A stretch of 64,000 nt of DNA, from the IMG/VR virus record IMGVR_UViG_3300045988_133686, positions 46,838-110,837 of that record; one strand, written 5' to 3'. The notes below the pieces were generated by a model. It was not told the DNA's origin, did no database searches, and saw only the letters and a program-made list of their open reading frames with translations. The translations under genes were made by a program, and so were the position numbers. The first letter of the stretch is position 1, and every line of letters begins with the position of its first letter. This DNA is from a virus. Positions 20,034 to 29,033 of this stretch are shown piece by piece.

Positions 20034-20071
20034 TTCGCACATACACCATATATAGTGTAGCAAACATAGAA

Positions 20072-20103
20072 AAAGCACCACATTTTGTATAATGTGGTGC
20101 TTT
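20072..20103 (-). terminator. rho-independent terminator abutting the tRNA fragment
   Basis: AAAGCACCACATT-TTGTAT-AATGTGGTGCTTT 13-bp stem; on minus strand followed by TTTTTC; starts 3 nt after the CCA. Confidence 0.7.
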
Positions 20104-20106
20104 ATT

Positions 20107-20130
20107 TGGTGGAGGTGAGGGGAGTCGAAC
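20107..20130 (-). other. tRNA 3-prime fragment = probable att core
   Basis: Minus strand GTTCGACTCCCCTCACCTCCACCA (T-loop half, T-stem, acceptor 3-prime strand, discriminator, CCA); no complementary 5-prime T-stem/acceptor upstream. Confidence 0.7.
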
Positions 20131-20247
20131 GGTCGTCTATGCCAACACTACAAACCATCACTGTTCACTTTTATCCACTTATAATGGGCTTTGTTGATGG
20201 CTTGCATCACTCGTATATGTCACACATCACCTCGTTTCACTCCCATG

Positions 20248-20269
20248 ATTGCTACCAACATTGCTACCA
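20248..20269 (+). repeat. arm-type direct repeats ATTGCTACCA (2 copies)
   Basis: Perfect decamers at 20248 and 20260, same orientation as the 19959..20033 set, on the other side of the core. Confidence 0.7.
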
Positions 20270-20314
20270 ACATCACCCCTTGTACACTACGTCACCTATG
20301 CTCACTCGTTGAGG

Positions 20315-20342
20315 CACAAAAAAGCGCACCCGAAGGTGCGCT
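20315..20342 (-). terminator. rho-independent terminator after xis
   Basis: AGCGCACC-CGAA-GGTGCGCT stem; on minus strand followed by TTTTTTG. Confidence 0.7.
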
Positions 20343-20348
20343 GTATAT

Positions 20349-20501
20349 TTATGAATTTAGCCAGTCCTCAAATGCCTTGCGCGGGATGATAATCCGCTTA
20401 CCGGAGTATACTACTTTGAACTGATTCGACTTTGCTAACGCATATGCTTGGTTAATTCCAATACCGAGATAATCCTTAATATCTTTAACGCTTAGTACCA
20501 T
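20349..20501 (-). CDS. xis: excisionase-family HTH DNA-binding protein
   Basis: MVLSVKDIKDYLGIGINQAYALAKSNQFKVVYSGKRIIIPRKAFEDWL matches excisionase/MerR-like winged HTH pattern; ATG at 20501 one nt after dut stop (track start 20534 also possible). Confidence 0.75.
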   Translation of the reverse strand: MVLSVKDIKDYLGIGINQAYALAKSNQFKVVYSGKRIIIPRKAFEDWLNS

Positions 20502-20502
20502 C

Positions 20503-21012
20503 TTATCTGCGCCCAGTGCTACCGAATCCGCCACGATTCTTCCCTCCTAGCGTGCTCACTACATCAAACTTTATACTCGGCTGCTTGCGTACAATGCGGA
20601 ACTGGCAGATGCGATCACCGGCCGGAATGAACGTATCCTCGGTGGCGTAGGCCGGGAATCTCCACTCATCCAGATCGCCGCAGTAAGCATTATCAATCAC
20701 GCCCATGGAGTTAGCCTGAATCACATGGTACTTCATATAGGTGGAACTGCGCGGCACAACGTGAGCCTCATAACCGGTCGGCAGCTTCATCGCTACGCCA
20801 AGTGGGATGAGCTTGAAATCGCCCGCCTGAATACGCACGCTGTCCGCGGCATAAAGATCAATCCAGTCACCCTCACGGATTTTGGCAACTGAACTGACAC
20901 CCTCAACGGTGTATTTGAGTTTGATTTTATGTGGAAGGATTCGTTTAAGCATGATAGAGATGATAAGCACACTTGTGATAATATCGAGGATTAAGATCAT
21001 TGTCTCTGTCAT
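20503..21012 (-). CDS. dut: dUTP diphosphatase with hydrophobic N-terminal extension
   Basis: [36 protein letters not shown] dUTPase motifs; ATG at 21012 has AGGAGA RBS, adding a 20-aa hydrophobic leader. Confidence 0.85.
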   Translation of the reverse strand: MTETMILILDIITSVLIISIMLKRILPHKIKLKYTVEGVSSVAKIREGDWIDLYAADSVRIQAGDFKLIPLGVAMKLPTGYEAHVVPRSSTYMKYHVIQANSMGVIDNAYCGDLDEWRFPAYATEDTFIPAGDRICQFRIVRKQPSIKFDVVSTLGGKNRGGFGSTGRR

Positions 21013-21029
21013 AACATTATCTCCTGTAT

Positions 21030-21509
21030 TTATGAGATTTTTTTTGCATATTGATTGCCGGACGCTAGGTCTACGCCAAGTGTGTCGTCAAACCGAGGAC
21101 ACATCGTTGGTATATATCGCCCAAACTTTATAATCACGTTTGGGTACTGTGACAGGCGCCGCACTTGGTCATTCACTTCATGCTCGTAATAGCCCGTATA
21201 AATAATAAAGGTGTCCATACACCCATTGTCCCGGAACGTGCGCAATAGTGCGAGCACCTCGTCTATCTGCAACATCGGTTCGAGGCCGCCGATCACGACA
21301 GCTTCTGTGATGTCGTTGCTTTGATAGAGTTGATAGAGTCTTTTGTCATCAATGTTATAAGCGCTGCCGAACAGGTCATGGTTCTGACAAACAGAGGGCG
21401 GAAACCCGCCCTCCTTACAACACTTAAAGTCACATGATACAGAACCGATGAACAAACTTGGCTTCTTATAGTTGACAAAATCCTCAACTACAATGCCGCT
21501 CACCCTCAT
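21030..21509 (-). CDS. nrdG: anaerobic ribonucleotide reductase activating protein-like (radical SAM/4Fe-4S)
   Basis: 159 aa, Cys cluster CDFKCCKE near N-terminus, overlaps nrdD stop by 4 nt. Confidence 0.7.
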   Translation of the reverse strand: MRVSGIVVEDFVNYKKPSLFIGSVSCDFKCCKEGGFPPSVCQNHDLFGSAYNIDDKRLYQLYQSNDITEAVVIGGLEPMLQIDEVLALLRTFRDNGCMDTFIIYTGYYEHEVNDQVRRLSQYPNVIIKFGRYIPTMCPRFDDTLGVDLASGNQYAKKIS

Positions 21510-23440
21510 TTGAGGTCATCTCCAACAACGTCAAACCAGTCTCGCATCGCGAACTCCGCTTTGCGCTCTTTGGAATATGTTTTTGTAGGAACGAGGAATC
21601 CTACGATACGCTGGTAAGTCGTTTCCATTGGTTCACCACACACAGGGCATGTCTTACCATAAAATCCGTGATTATGCTTGCAAGCGCTGATTCTGAGGTT
21701 AAAGGCGAAATACTGTACGCCAGCATCGGCGACATAATTTAACATCTTCCACGCAGTGTCAAAGTCCTTGAACGGTGCGTCAATGTTTACGTGCATGATC
21801 GAACCACCATTACACGCTTTGTCAAGAATCGCACTCAGTCGAATCTTTTCATATAGTGTTGTCTTTACACCAAGTGGAATCCACTGATTACCATACAAAG
21901 GCAGCTCGTATGCTTCATTTGGGAATAGGAGTTTGTCCTTCTGCATAAGTACCGCTGCCGCGCGCTCACCGGGGATCTGCTCGATGTTAACCATATAAGA
22001 CTTATCTGAAGTGAATGCAGCCTTGGCCTCGTTGAGCACAGACATAACATCCGTTGCACATTCCAACCCCGCATCTGTGTACGTCGTGTTACCAAACTCA
22101 TCAGTAATGGTAAACCCATACTTCTGAAGGGCTTCGTACAGCCCAATAATACCGATTGTATTATACTGTTTATCCATGTGCATGATTCCCAAAGAATAGT
22201 TTGGCAATAACCCCTTCTCCACATTGCGCTCAATAATATGCCTTACGCAATCAAGAGCCTGCATACACAGCAACGCTTTCTCGCTCAGAGCTTCCATATA
22301 TTCTTCAGTGGTATCACATTCATACGCGAGTCTAGCAAGGTTGATCGTATTAACCTTCACACTACCCACCTCAAGAGCTGTGCCACCGATGCTATTGAAG
22401 TAACCGAGGTTCTTTACGTCTGAAACCAAGCGGCAGCAGTTGCTGAGGCTTGTAACGTCGTCGCTAATAAAGAAGTTGCTGTCACCCCACTGCATATTGT
22501 GTTCGCAGCACCATTGAGCGAAGCCTTCATCAACAAACCTGCCGTCCTTGCGAAGAAGCGCATATGTAAGCACGGGGAATGTCATCATGTTCTCCATTCG
22601 AATCTTACTTACCACACGCATAAACGCCTTCTGGTATTCCAGTATCTCGTCAATATAGTCAATGATAAACGTGCCGTCTGGATACTCTTTGCCTCCGAAC
22701 AACGCCTCAAGGTACGGGCGGTCAAAGATCGAAATGTTTGTGAAGGCTGACTGGATACCGCCGCGCAGGAATGGCTGGTTTAAGCGATAGATGAATTCTT
22801 GGAAGTGCTGATCTCGATAATACTCTGGGTCACGAAGGACGTAATTCTCCGCGCAATCTTTGTGCCAGAAGTAGAACGAGTAAATCAGGAAGCTTGGTAG
22901 ACCAACCGCACCGGAAGAACGATTACACGTCCAACTCACGAACTCTCCGATAAAATCTGTGAACGTTGTGAGATGCTGTGGCGGTGTAGCGTTGAAGTTA
23001 TTAATAAAAAATAGCCCACGCTCAACAATATTCGCGATATCATAAGCAAAACAATAAGACTTCTCCGTTGCGTTATACGCATCGTGCAGATAAAAATGTC
23101 CGTTCCATTCGTTCTCTAGCCATTCCCTCGCAACTTTACGTCCATACTTCTTATTGAGTTCGTAGTAGATTTTGTTGAACGCCAGCAGCTTAGAATGTGG
23201 CTTGCTCATCTCGTTTTCGAGAGAAACAATATCCTTATGCCCGACGTTTGCGTTGCCGTCAATACTCGCATCTGCGACCGTCTGCTTGTCTACAAAGTTG
23301 TCAATGAAGTCAGTGTAGCTCAACTGCTCATCTCCGAAGCCATTAAGCGCGGCCATATCGGATCCATATTTGTCCTGCATCTGATTATATGCGGTTGTGA
23401 AGTCCTTCAGGAGCCTGATGTCAATCTTCATGCCATACAC
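21506..23440 (-). CDS. nrdD: anaerobic ribonucleoside-triphosphate reductase (class III)
   Basis: 644 aa; C-terminal Zn ribbon CKHNHGFYGKTCPVCG followed by glycyl-radical-type RIVGFL motif; adjacent activase. Confidence 0.85.
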   Translation of the reverse strand: MYGMKIDIRLLKDFTTAYNQMQDKYGSDMAALNGFGDEQLSYTDFIDNFVDKQTVADASIDGNANVGHKDIVSLENEMSKPHSKLLAFNKIYYELNKKYGRKVAREWLENEWNGHFYLHDAYNATEKSYCFAYDIANIVERGLFFINNFNATPPQHLTTFTDFIGEFVSWTCNRSSGAVGLPSFLIYSFYFWHKDCAENYVLRDPEYYRDQHFQEFIYRLNQPFLRGGIQSAFTNISIFDRPYLEALFGGKEYPDGTFIIDYIDEILEYQKAFMRVVSKIRMENMMTFPVLTYALLRKDGRFVDEGFAQWCCEHNMQWGDSNFFISDDVTSLSNCCRLVSDVKNLGYFNSIGGTALEVGSVKVNTINLARLAYECDTTEEYMEALSEKALLCMQALDCVRHIIERNVEKGLLPNYSLGIMHMDKQYNTIGIIGLYEALQKYGFTITDEFGNTTYTDAGLECATDVMSVLNEAKAAFTSDKSYMVNIEQIPGERAAAVLMQKDKLLFPNEAYELPLYGNQWIPLGVKTTLYEKIRLSAILDKACNGGSIMHVNIDAPFKDFDTAWKMLNYVADAGVQYFAFNLRISACKHNHGFYGKTCPVCGEPMETTYQRIVGFLVPTKTYSKERKAEFAMRDWFDVVGDDLK

Positions 23441-23443
23441 CTC

Positions 23444-23680
23444 TTAGAGTTTACAAGTCGGGCACACAAAGTCATCGTCCTGCGCATTGATCCAGCGGCA
23501 GGCATCTACAAAGTTCATGAGTTCTCCGTCTCCAATATCAATGACTGGCACCTCCGTAATACCCATACTACGCATTACGTCAATGTCGTCGCACTCTTCA
23601 TATTCGATATTGGCCTTGTTGAGTTTGGACTCCAACACACGGCAGCGCGGGCAACCTGTTGAATAAATCTTAACCTTCAT
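23444..23680 (-). CDS. glutaredoxin/NrdH-like redoxin
   Basis: MKVKIYSTGCPRCRVLE... CxxC thioredoxin-fold start; internal ATG of track ORF 23444..24019. Confidence 0.7.
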   Translation of the reverse strand: MKVKIYSTGCPRCRVLESKLNKANIEYEECDDIDVMRSMGITEVPVIDIGDGELMNFVDACRWINAQDDDFVCPTCKL

Positions 23681-24221
23681 AATCTTCCTCCATTTTAATA
23701 TACGACCAAACTGTCTCGACACATTTGTCGAGCAAAATGTTTTTAATGATGCAATCAGCTTGACGCGCCACGGCCTCGAACTCAACTTTATCGTTGTATA
23801 CTCTGCGGGCGATTTCTCCTGTGCTCGCGCCGCGCTTCTGCATGCGTTGAATACGTACATCACCGGGCACCGTGATATAAATAACCCTGATGCCACGCTC
23901 TCCGTGGTAATGCGCCCGGAAATAATCGATGCCCGCCGGGTCAATGACATAAACACAAGCAGCATCAACCTGTTTTTGTGTGGCGAAGTAGCAATGTCCA
24001 TCGAACACTGTGCGGGCAACTACGTCGAAGTCCTCATTGATTTCCTTAAAGGACGGGTACTGGATCGGGCTAAGAAAGATATGTCCGCGCTCTCCTTCAT
24101 ACCTCGGCAGACGATTGGTATAACTCTCAACCGACGTCAACCCATATCGCTTATTTAGCTCTTCGCACACCGTGGTTTTGCCCGCACCGCTCTCACCCAC
24201 GATCAAATAGATATTTTTCAT
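23670..24221 (-). CDS. guanylate-kinase-like nucleoside monophosphate kinase
   Basis: P-loop GESGAGKTT; SYTNRLPRYEGERGHIF resembles GK TTR.PR.GE..G..Y.F. Confidence 0.7.
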   Translation of the reverse strand: MKNIYLIVGESGAGKTTVCEELNKRYGLTSVESYTNRLPRYEGERGHIFLSPIQYPSFKEINEDFDVVARTVFDGHCYFATQKQVDAACVYVIDPAGIDYFRAHYHGERGIRVIYITVPGDVRIQRMQKRGASTGEIARRVYNDKVEFEAVARQADCIIKNILLDKCVETVWSYIKMEEDYEG

Positions 24222-25014
24222 TATAGACCTCCTTCAGCGTTGGATGGCGCCCGCAGGACTTATGCTCCGTACAGAAGTTGTACGGTTCATGTGCCTCGCA
24301 TTGGGGCACAAGATATGCGGCTAAGTCAGGCGACACCTTTTTCACCTCATCGCGCATTGCACATGCCAGATCGCGGATTTCCTTCTGCGCGCGGGTACAC
24401 AGCCGCAGATGGCAAAAGTGCATCAGCTCACGGGCGTTCATACTGACCGCCAGCTTAGTCTCGCAAGCATTTGGCAACACAGCCCGCGCATCCTCATTAG
24501 CCGCGCCCAATCTCTTTAGTGCGTTATAGGCAATTGTTGCATGTCCCATCGCATCCTGGAATTCTTCACTGTTGACTCCCGGCGGCTCGATATAGCGGAA
24601 CCCATCTTCGGCACAATAACGCTGGCTGCGCACGCTAAACGCTGTGTTACGGTGCCGCGTCAACTGCGCCAGCAGAGCGCGACTCACCCCGGCGACCTCA
24701 AAAGAAAAACTGACATGCTCGAATACACTGGTGTGTCCTATCCGGTAGCAACCTCTTGCGAGTTTGTGCGTTGTCGTCGGCTTACTGTCATAGCACATCG
24801 CAGCGGCTTGCTCAACCACATCAAGCGGGTCATGACTTTCGCCTATGGGCTGAGTGTAGGCGACCAGTTTGCAGGAGAGCTTAACCGCACGTTGTTCTCC
24901 CCTACATTGATATGGGGTCTTACCTGCGCCGCATGCAATAAACTCCCCGGCCTGGTCTTCCATGTGCTGTCCACACACACAACCGTCGCACACCTCAAGA
25001 CTTACTTCGTTCAT
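24193..25014 (-). CDS. thyX: flavin-dependent thymidylate synthase
   Basis: ThyX signature LTRHRNTAFSVRSQRY; start set to ATG 25014 (GGTGAAGGA upstream, just after stop of 25019..25213). Confidence 0.85.
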   Translation of the reverse strand: MNEVSLEVCDGCVCGQHMEDQAGEFIACGAGKTPYQCRGEQRAVKLSCKLVAYTQPIGESHDPLDVVEQAAAMCYDSKPTTTHKLARGCYRIGHTSVFEHVSFSFEVAGVSRALLAQLTRHRNTAFSVRSQRYCAEDGFRYIEPPGVNSEEFQDAMGHATIAYNALKRLGAANEDARAVLPNACETKLAVSMNARELMHFCHLRLCTRAQKEIRDLACAMRDEVKKVSPDLAAYLVPQCEAHEPYNFCTEHKSCGRHPTLKEVYNEKYLFDRG

Positions 25015-25018
25015 TCCT

Positions 25019-25213
25019 TCACCACTTTCTAAAGATTCCATGGTAAGCACTTGCACATGCGTGAGAGCAGAAGAGATGACCTTCGTCGTCTTCCCACACC
25101 TCGTCGTCATATTCGCATATAACCTCGCCACACTCTGCGTATTCCACAAGGATACGGTCTGGCGCGTTTGGACACCTAGGATCACATGGTGTCTGCCAAC
25201 AAACATTGCACAT
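25019..25213 (-). CDS. small Cys-rich (zinc-binding-like) protein
   Basis: 64 aa, CNVCW..C..RC at N-terminus and C..C..H near C-terminus; tightly packed in operon. Confidence 0.5.
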   Translation of the reverse strand: MCNVCWQTPCDPRCPNAPDRILVEYAECGEVICEYDDEVWEDDEGHLFCSHACASAYHGIFRKW

Positions 25214-25857
25214 CAGCCGCGCACCTCGTCCAAGTAAGAGGCCAGCATATCTGCCGTGTGGATCAGTGCCACACCGGGGTATTTCTCCATAGCCTGTGTA
25301 AGTGCTCTACTTCCACCGCGCGCCGCTTCGTCGAAGCCACCCATATGCCAGCGAACCATCATCGCTTCCTCGCGGGTTAGTCTCATAAAGGCTTGAATAA
25401 TATAGACACTCTTTTCGCCGTGACCAAACGGGCACTCATCTTCGATACTGTAACTCGGTACTTGCTGCCACTTGCCATGCTCGTCTTTGACATTGCGCAC
25501 GCCGAGCTTGTAAAAATTCACCTTGCACAGATCGTGCAATAGCGCGGTCAGCGCTACCGTTTCTTCCTGTTCTGCGGTCAGTTGCCCGTACTCACCTTGA
25601 TATAGGCGCCGCAATCTCTCGTAGACGTGTAGGCTATGCTTACACAACCCGCCTGCACAGCTCAGATGATAGATTGTGCTAGCCGGGGCGGCAAAGAAAT
25701 CAGATTTTTCCAGCCATGCCAGCAACTTATCCGCGCCTTCGCGTTTAATGTACTGCGTAAAGATGCCAAGGAATTTCTCACGATCACTCTGCTCGTTCGG
25801 CGTCGATGAATCCGAACTCATAGGGGTCTGGCAAGCTCCAATCCCACTCTCCGTCAC
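25213..25857 (-). CDS. HD-domain phosphohydrolase
   Basis: LLHDLCK and GHGEKS motifs; GTG 25857 preceded by AAAGGAG (8-nt spacer); overlaps upstream gene by 74 nt. Confidence 0.75.
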   Translation of the reverse strand: MTESGIGACQTPMSSDSSTPNEQSDREKFLGIFTQYIKREGADKLLAWLEKSDFFAAPASTIYHLSCAGGLCKHSLHVYERLRRLYQGEYGQLTAEQEETVALTALLHDLCKVNFYKLGVRNVKDEHGKWQQVPSYSIEDECPFGHGEKSVYIIQAFMRLTREEAMMVRWHMGGFDEAARGGSRALTQAMEKYPGVALIHTADMLASYLDEVRG

Positions 25858-26284
25858 TTTTGTACTCCTTTCTGAACACGTTTCCGTGTCCTCTAGCCTT
25901 GAAAAAATAATAATCCGCGGGCAACGTGCGACCTACGCCGATATAGCCTTGCTTTTCCAACTCCCACCGCCGCACAACATCTCGCGTAATATCCATCAGC
26001 TCGTCCGTCACTGGATAGCGTGCCTTGTAACCATGGAACTGAGAATAAATGACGACCTCCCCGATTGTGTCAGGGAAGTCGTCAGAATCCAGCCGGTTCA
26101 AGATACACCACACAACGGCGGCCTTCTCAGCGATTGGCACGTCCTCGGCTCGGCATTCGCCATAGAGAGTGCGGGCGATGCGGTGCATATCACTTTCGCT
26201 GATAGCATCCGCGGCGAGTGTTGTTACAGGCATAAAGGTAAGAGCCGCAATCAAAAGCCACACGGCGCAGTGTTTAATTCGCAT
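25784..26284 (-). CDS. secreted SleB-type cell-wall hydrolase
   Basis: Signal peptide MRIKHCAVWLLIAALTFMPVTTLAA; ARTLYGECRAE...AAVVWCILNRLDSDDFPDTIGEVV..SQF (Hydrolase_2 pattern). Confidence 0.7.
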   Translation of the reverse strand: MRIKHCAVWLLIAALTFMPVTTLAADAISESDMHRIARTLYGECRAEDVPIAEKAAVVWCILNRLDSDDFPDTIGEVVIYSQFHGYKARYPVTDELMDITRDVVRRWELEKQGYIGVGRTLPADYYFFKARGHGNVFRKEYKSDGEWDWSLPDPYEFGFIDAERAE

Positions 26285-27050
26285 TGTTGTCTGCTCCTGT
26301 ATTATAACATGATTCGATACGTTTGCGGGCAGCCTCGTAAAAGTCTTTGTCCTTTTCAAAAGCTATAAATTCGCGTCCGGTATTAATGGCTGCTACGCAG
26401 GTCGTACCGCTGCCAGCGCATGGGTCAAGCACAAGATCATCCTCGTCCGTGTAAGTGCGCACTAGATACTCGCACAACTCGACAGGTTTCTGTGTTGGAT
26501 GCAACAAGCCTTTATTGATATTTGGATAATCAAGCACCTGCCGAGGATACCCGGCGTACTCAATCACCCTGTCCAGTTTATGGCTAGGACGGGTCGGGTT
26601 TACCCCCTTCCCATCTCCGTACCTTTGCGGGCGGCTCCATTCTTGATCCACGCGCACCAGACCTTGTGGCCGGTACTTCATATTGACCTTTGCGCCGTTT
26701 GCCGTCGAGGCCGGACTGAATACCGCAATCTCTTCAATATCTTTTAGAGGCTTGAGTTTCGCGTTTGTGTGCCCCGATGGTCTACTCTTACGCCAGTACC
26801 ACATGTATTTGAACCATTCCTTGTTGCTCTGCACAAGATCAGATGTGAATGGCTGCTGGCAAAACATGACGATGGCGCCGTCGGGTTTAATAATGCGGCG
26901 CAGGTGCGCCCATAATTCATCCAGAGGCAGAGCTTTGTCCCATTTGCATGTCGTGGTGTTATATGGTGGGTCAGCCAGCACTAATTGCACCGACTGATCT
27001 GTCACGTCCGCTAGGCCGTGCAGACAATCATCACAGAGTAACAAAGTCAT
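26274..27050 (-). CDS. DNA methyltransferase (N6-adenine or N4-cytosine, beta class)
   Basis: DPPY motif (LVLADPPYN) N-terminal, AdoMet motif LVLDPCAGSGTT C-terminal; ATG 27050 preferred over TTG 27080. Confidence 0.85.
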   Translation of the reverse strand: MTLLLCDDCLHGLADVTDQSVQLVLADPPYNTTTCKWDKALPLDELWAHLRRIIKPDGAIVMFCQQPFTSDLVQSNKEWFKYMWYWRKSRPSGHTNAKLKPLKDIEEIAVFSPASTANGAKVNMKYRPQGLVRVDQEWSRPQRYGDGKGVNPTRPSHKLDRVIEYAGYPRQVLDYPNINKGLLHPTQKPVELCEYLVRTYTDEDDLVLDPCAGSGTTCVAAINTGREFIAFEKDKDFYEAARKRIESCYNTGADNNAN

Positions 27051-27465
27051 CACCGTACTTATCAATAAAGGCGAGGTCAAACTTAACCTTGAACCTCCGA
27101 ATGGCGCGTTTCATTGCCACGTCAATGCCAACCTGCTTGTCAAACTCGTCTTCGGGACTGCACGATGCTTCCCCGCGGATGCCATTCCACAGTTCGACTT
27201 GGGTGACGTGCCCATTGTTACGAGTGCGATATTCGCCGAAGTCGTTGTAGTCAGTTTCCCAAGCAGACCATACGCGGCGAGGGGCGGGCTGAAGCTGCTC
27301 CTCAAACAAGGCGTGAAATTCATTAGACGATACGATGCCAGTTCCCTGATGGTTCGTAAATGTAATGGTGCCATCACTATCAACATGGGTCACTGTAAAT
27401 ACAGTACCTCTTTTCAGGCCGGGGACATCCTTAATGAGTGCAATTTTCGATCCGGTCATAATCAT
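27031..27465 (-). CDS. hypothetical protein
   Basis: ATG 27465 after GGAGGAG; C-terminal CSPEDEFDKQVGIDVAMKRA motif recurrent in phage proteins of unknown function. Confidence 0.55.
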   Translation of the reverse strand: MIMTGSKIALIKDVPGLKRGTVFTVTHVDSDGTITFTNHQGTGIVSSNEFHALFEEQLQPAPRRVWSAWETDYNDFGEYRTRNNGHVTQVELWNGIRGEASCSPEDEFDKQVGIDVAMKRAIRRFKVKFDLAFIDKYGDDFVTL

Positions 27466-28556
27466 GCGATTTTCTCCTCCATGTTCTGATTCCATTTTTC
27501 AACTATTGCGGCTTGTTGTGCTGTGAGCGGCGCGTTATAAGTTTGCAATGCCTGCACAATATGGTTATTACGAATTTCGAGCGTTACTAAAGATTTGTCC
27601 GGTTCGTCCGCTCTGCGCATAAACATAACATGACAGTTGCCGTCAATGACACGCTGAATATATGACACGACGCAATTATGTTGCTGAGCGGCTTCGTCTT
27701 TGATGTCGGCGGTGCTCTGCGGATAAATAAAGATGTAATCACCGATGCGGCATTCGTACTCCGGTCGGCACTGTTTCTGAAACGCAGCTTCATCGAATTG
27801 CGTTCTTGCCCGCTCATAGTTACGCCGCATGATGTCGTGCGTGGTCACTAGGCAGCGTGGGTAGCGATCGAACTTGACGCTCACTCTCTTTGCCATATTT
27901 ATGTAGTCAATATAGTGTTGAGCTGCCGACGAAGCAGTTTGTGCCTCAAACGTACAAATGCGGTCGATATAGGTAATATAATCCAGCGCACGCAGAGTGC
28001 CATCTTTAATAAATGCCCAAATGCCAGTGTTCCACCTCCAACTGGCGCCTTGGAAGACTGCTTCTATTTTTCTGTCATAGTTCGACAACTCGTCACCAAT
28101 AGGGTGATAAGAAAGTATGGTTTGCATAGCATCAGGATCTTCTTTATATGCTGCCAGCAGCTTACCAGTTAGCGTTAAACCGTGACGTGCATGTCGAAGT
28201 AACGGCTTGGGAATATCAGTAATTTGAACACTGAAATGGGGATCAAACTTTGTGATACCAGCCGCAAAATATTGCTCATGCAGTTTGTCTTTGGCCGCAA
28301 TTCTTAGCACTGTGCTGAGCTTTTTCGTGTTGTGTTCGCATTTATGCGTCCAAATCCACCGAAGGTAGTCGGCGTAGCGCTGATCCTCAAACGTGCCGAA
28401 GACTTGCGGCGCGTACCATCCATCAAGCTGGCTGTCAAGTGACGTGACGGACTTGCCGCGCAGTCCAATACACTGTTGCTCTGCCAAGTCGTACTTCACA
28501 ACGCGGCCATCATCTCGCCAGAATTCAAGCATTCGACCATTCTTGACTACCCTCAC
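27462..28556 (-). CDS. PcfJ-like protein
   Basis: C-terminal EAAQQHNCVVSYIQRVIDGNCHVMFMRR....SLVTLEI resembles PcfJ domain core (..HCV..Y......G......R....TIE). Confidence 0.5.
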   Translation of the reverse strand: MRVVKNGRMLEFWRDDGRVVKYDLAEQQCIGLRGKSVTSLDSQLDGWYAPQVFGTFEDQRYADYLRWIWTHKCEHNTKKLSTVLRIAAKDKLHEQYFAAGITKFDPHFSVQITDIPKPLLRHARHGLTLTGKLLAAYKEDPDAMQTILSYHPIGDELSNYDRKIEAVFQGASWRWNTGIWAFIKDGTLRALDYITYIDRICTFEAQTASSAAQHYIDYINMAKRVSVKFDRYPRCLVTTHDIMRRNYERARTQFDEAAFQKQCRPEYECRIGDYIFIYPQSTADIKDEAAQQHNCVVSYIQRVIDGNCHVMFMRRADEPDKSLVTLEIRNNHIVQALQTYNAPLTAQQAAIVEKWNQNMEEKIA

Positions 28557-28696
28557 TTACTTGATCCTCCTGCCAAAAGAAGGATAAGTAAGATAGCTAA
28601 TCCAAGATCGAGGAATCCAGGAATAAGGACTTGCCACCAATTCCAGTCCAGAAACCCGGCGACCTTAAAGGCAATAAACAGCGCCTGAAGCGTCAT
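28553..28696 (-). CDS. small membrane protein
   Basis: FKVAGFLDWNWWQVLIPGFLDLGLAILLILLL hydrophobic core; start uncertain (weak RBS). Confidence 0.4.
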   Translation of the reverse strand: MTLQALFIAFKVAGFLDWNWWQVLIPGFLDLGLAILLILLLAGGSSK

Positions 28697-28727
28697 AAGA
28701 AAGCTACACCCGGAGCGGCGAGACGAA

Positions 28728-29033
28728 TTATTTTCCAAGCTTGTTTTCCTCCTTAAATTCATAATCACCGATGTCTTTATCAAATGTATTTGCTATATCT
28801 TCCAGTGCGGCGAGTTCTTCTGCCGTTTGCGTATATAATTCGGGGTACACATCTAGAATGTCAATGCGGCACAGCAGCTTATGCACGTCCGCCAGCAGCT
28901 CTTCGTACTCCGCGGCTTCCGACCCGTAACTGAATAGCGTGTCGGCATAAAGTTCTGCTGTCAGAATTGCCTCACCAACAGTATCCAGGCCAGCTTTATA
29001 AGCGATTTCGCATGCCTCTTTTAGTTTCATCAT
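28728..29033 (-). CDS. hypothetical protein
   Basis: ATGATGA overlap with deaminase stop; acidic helical 101 aa. Confidence 0.5.
   Translation of the reverse strand: MMKLKEACEIAYKAGLDTVGEAILTAELYADTLFSYGSEAAEYEELLADVHKLLCRIDILDVYPELYTQTAEELAALEDIANTFDKDIGDYEFKEENKLGK

Noticed and set aside
19939-20348. Prophage-host junction (attL or attR)
   Set aside because: Both sides of the tRNA fragment carry phage genes (int on one side; xis, dut and nrd on the other), and arm repeats flank both sides. The site is therefore attP-like, not a junction with host DNA.
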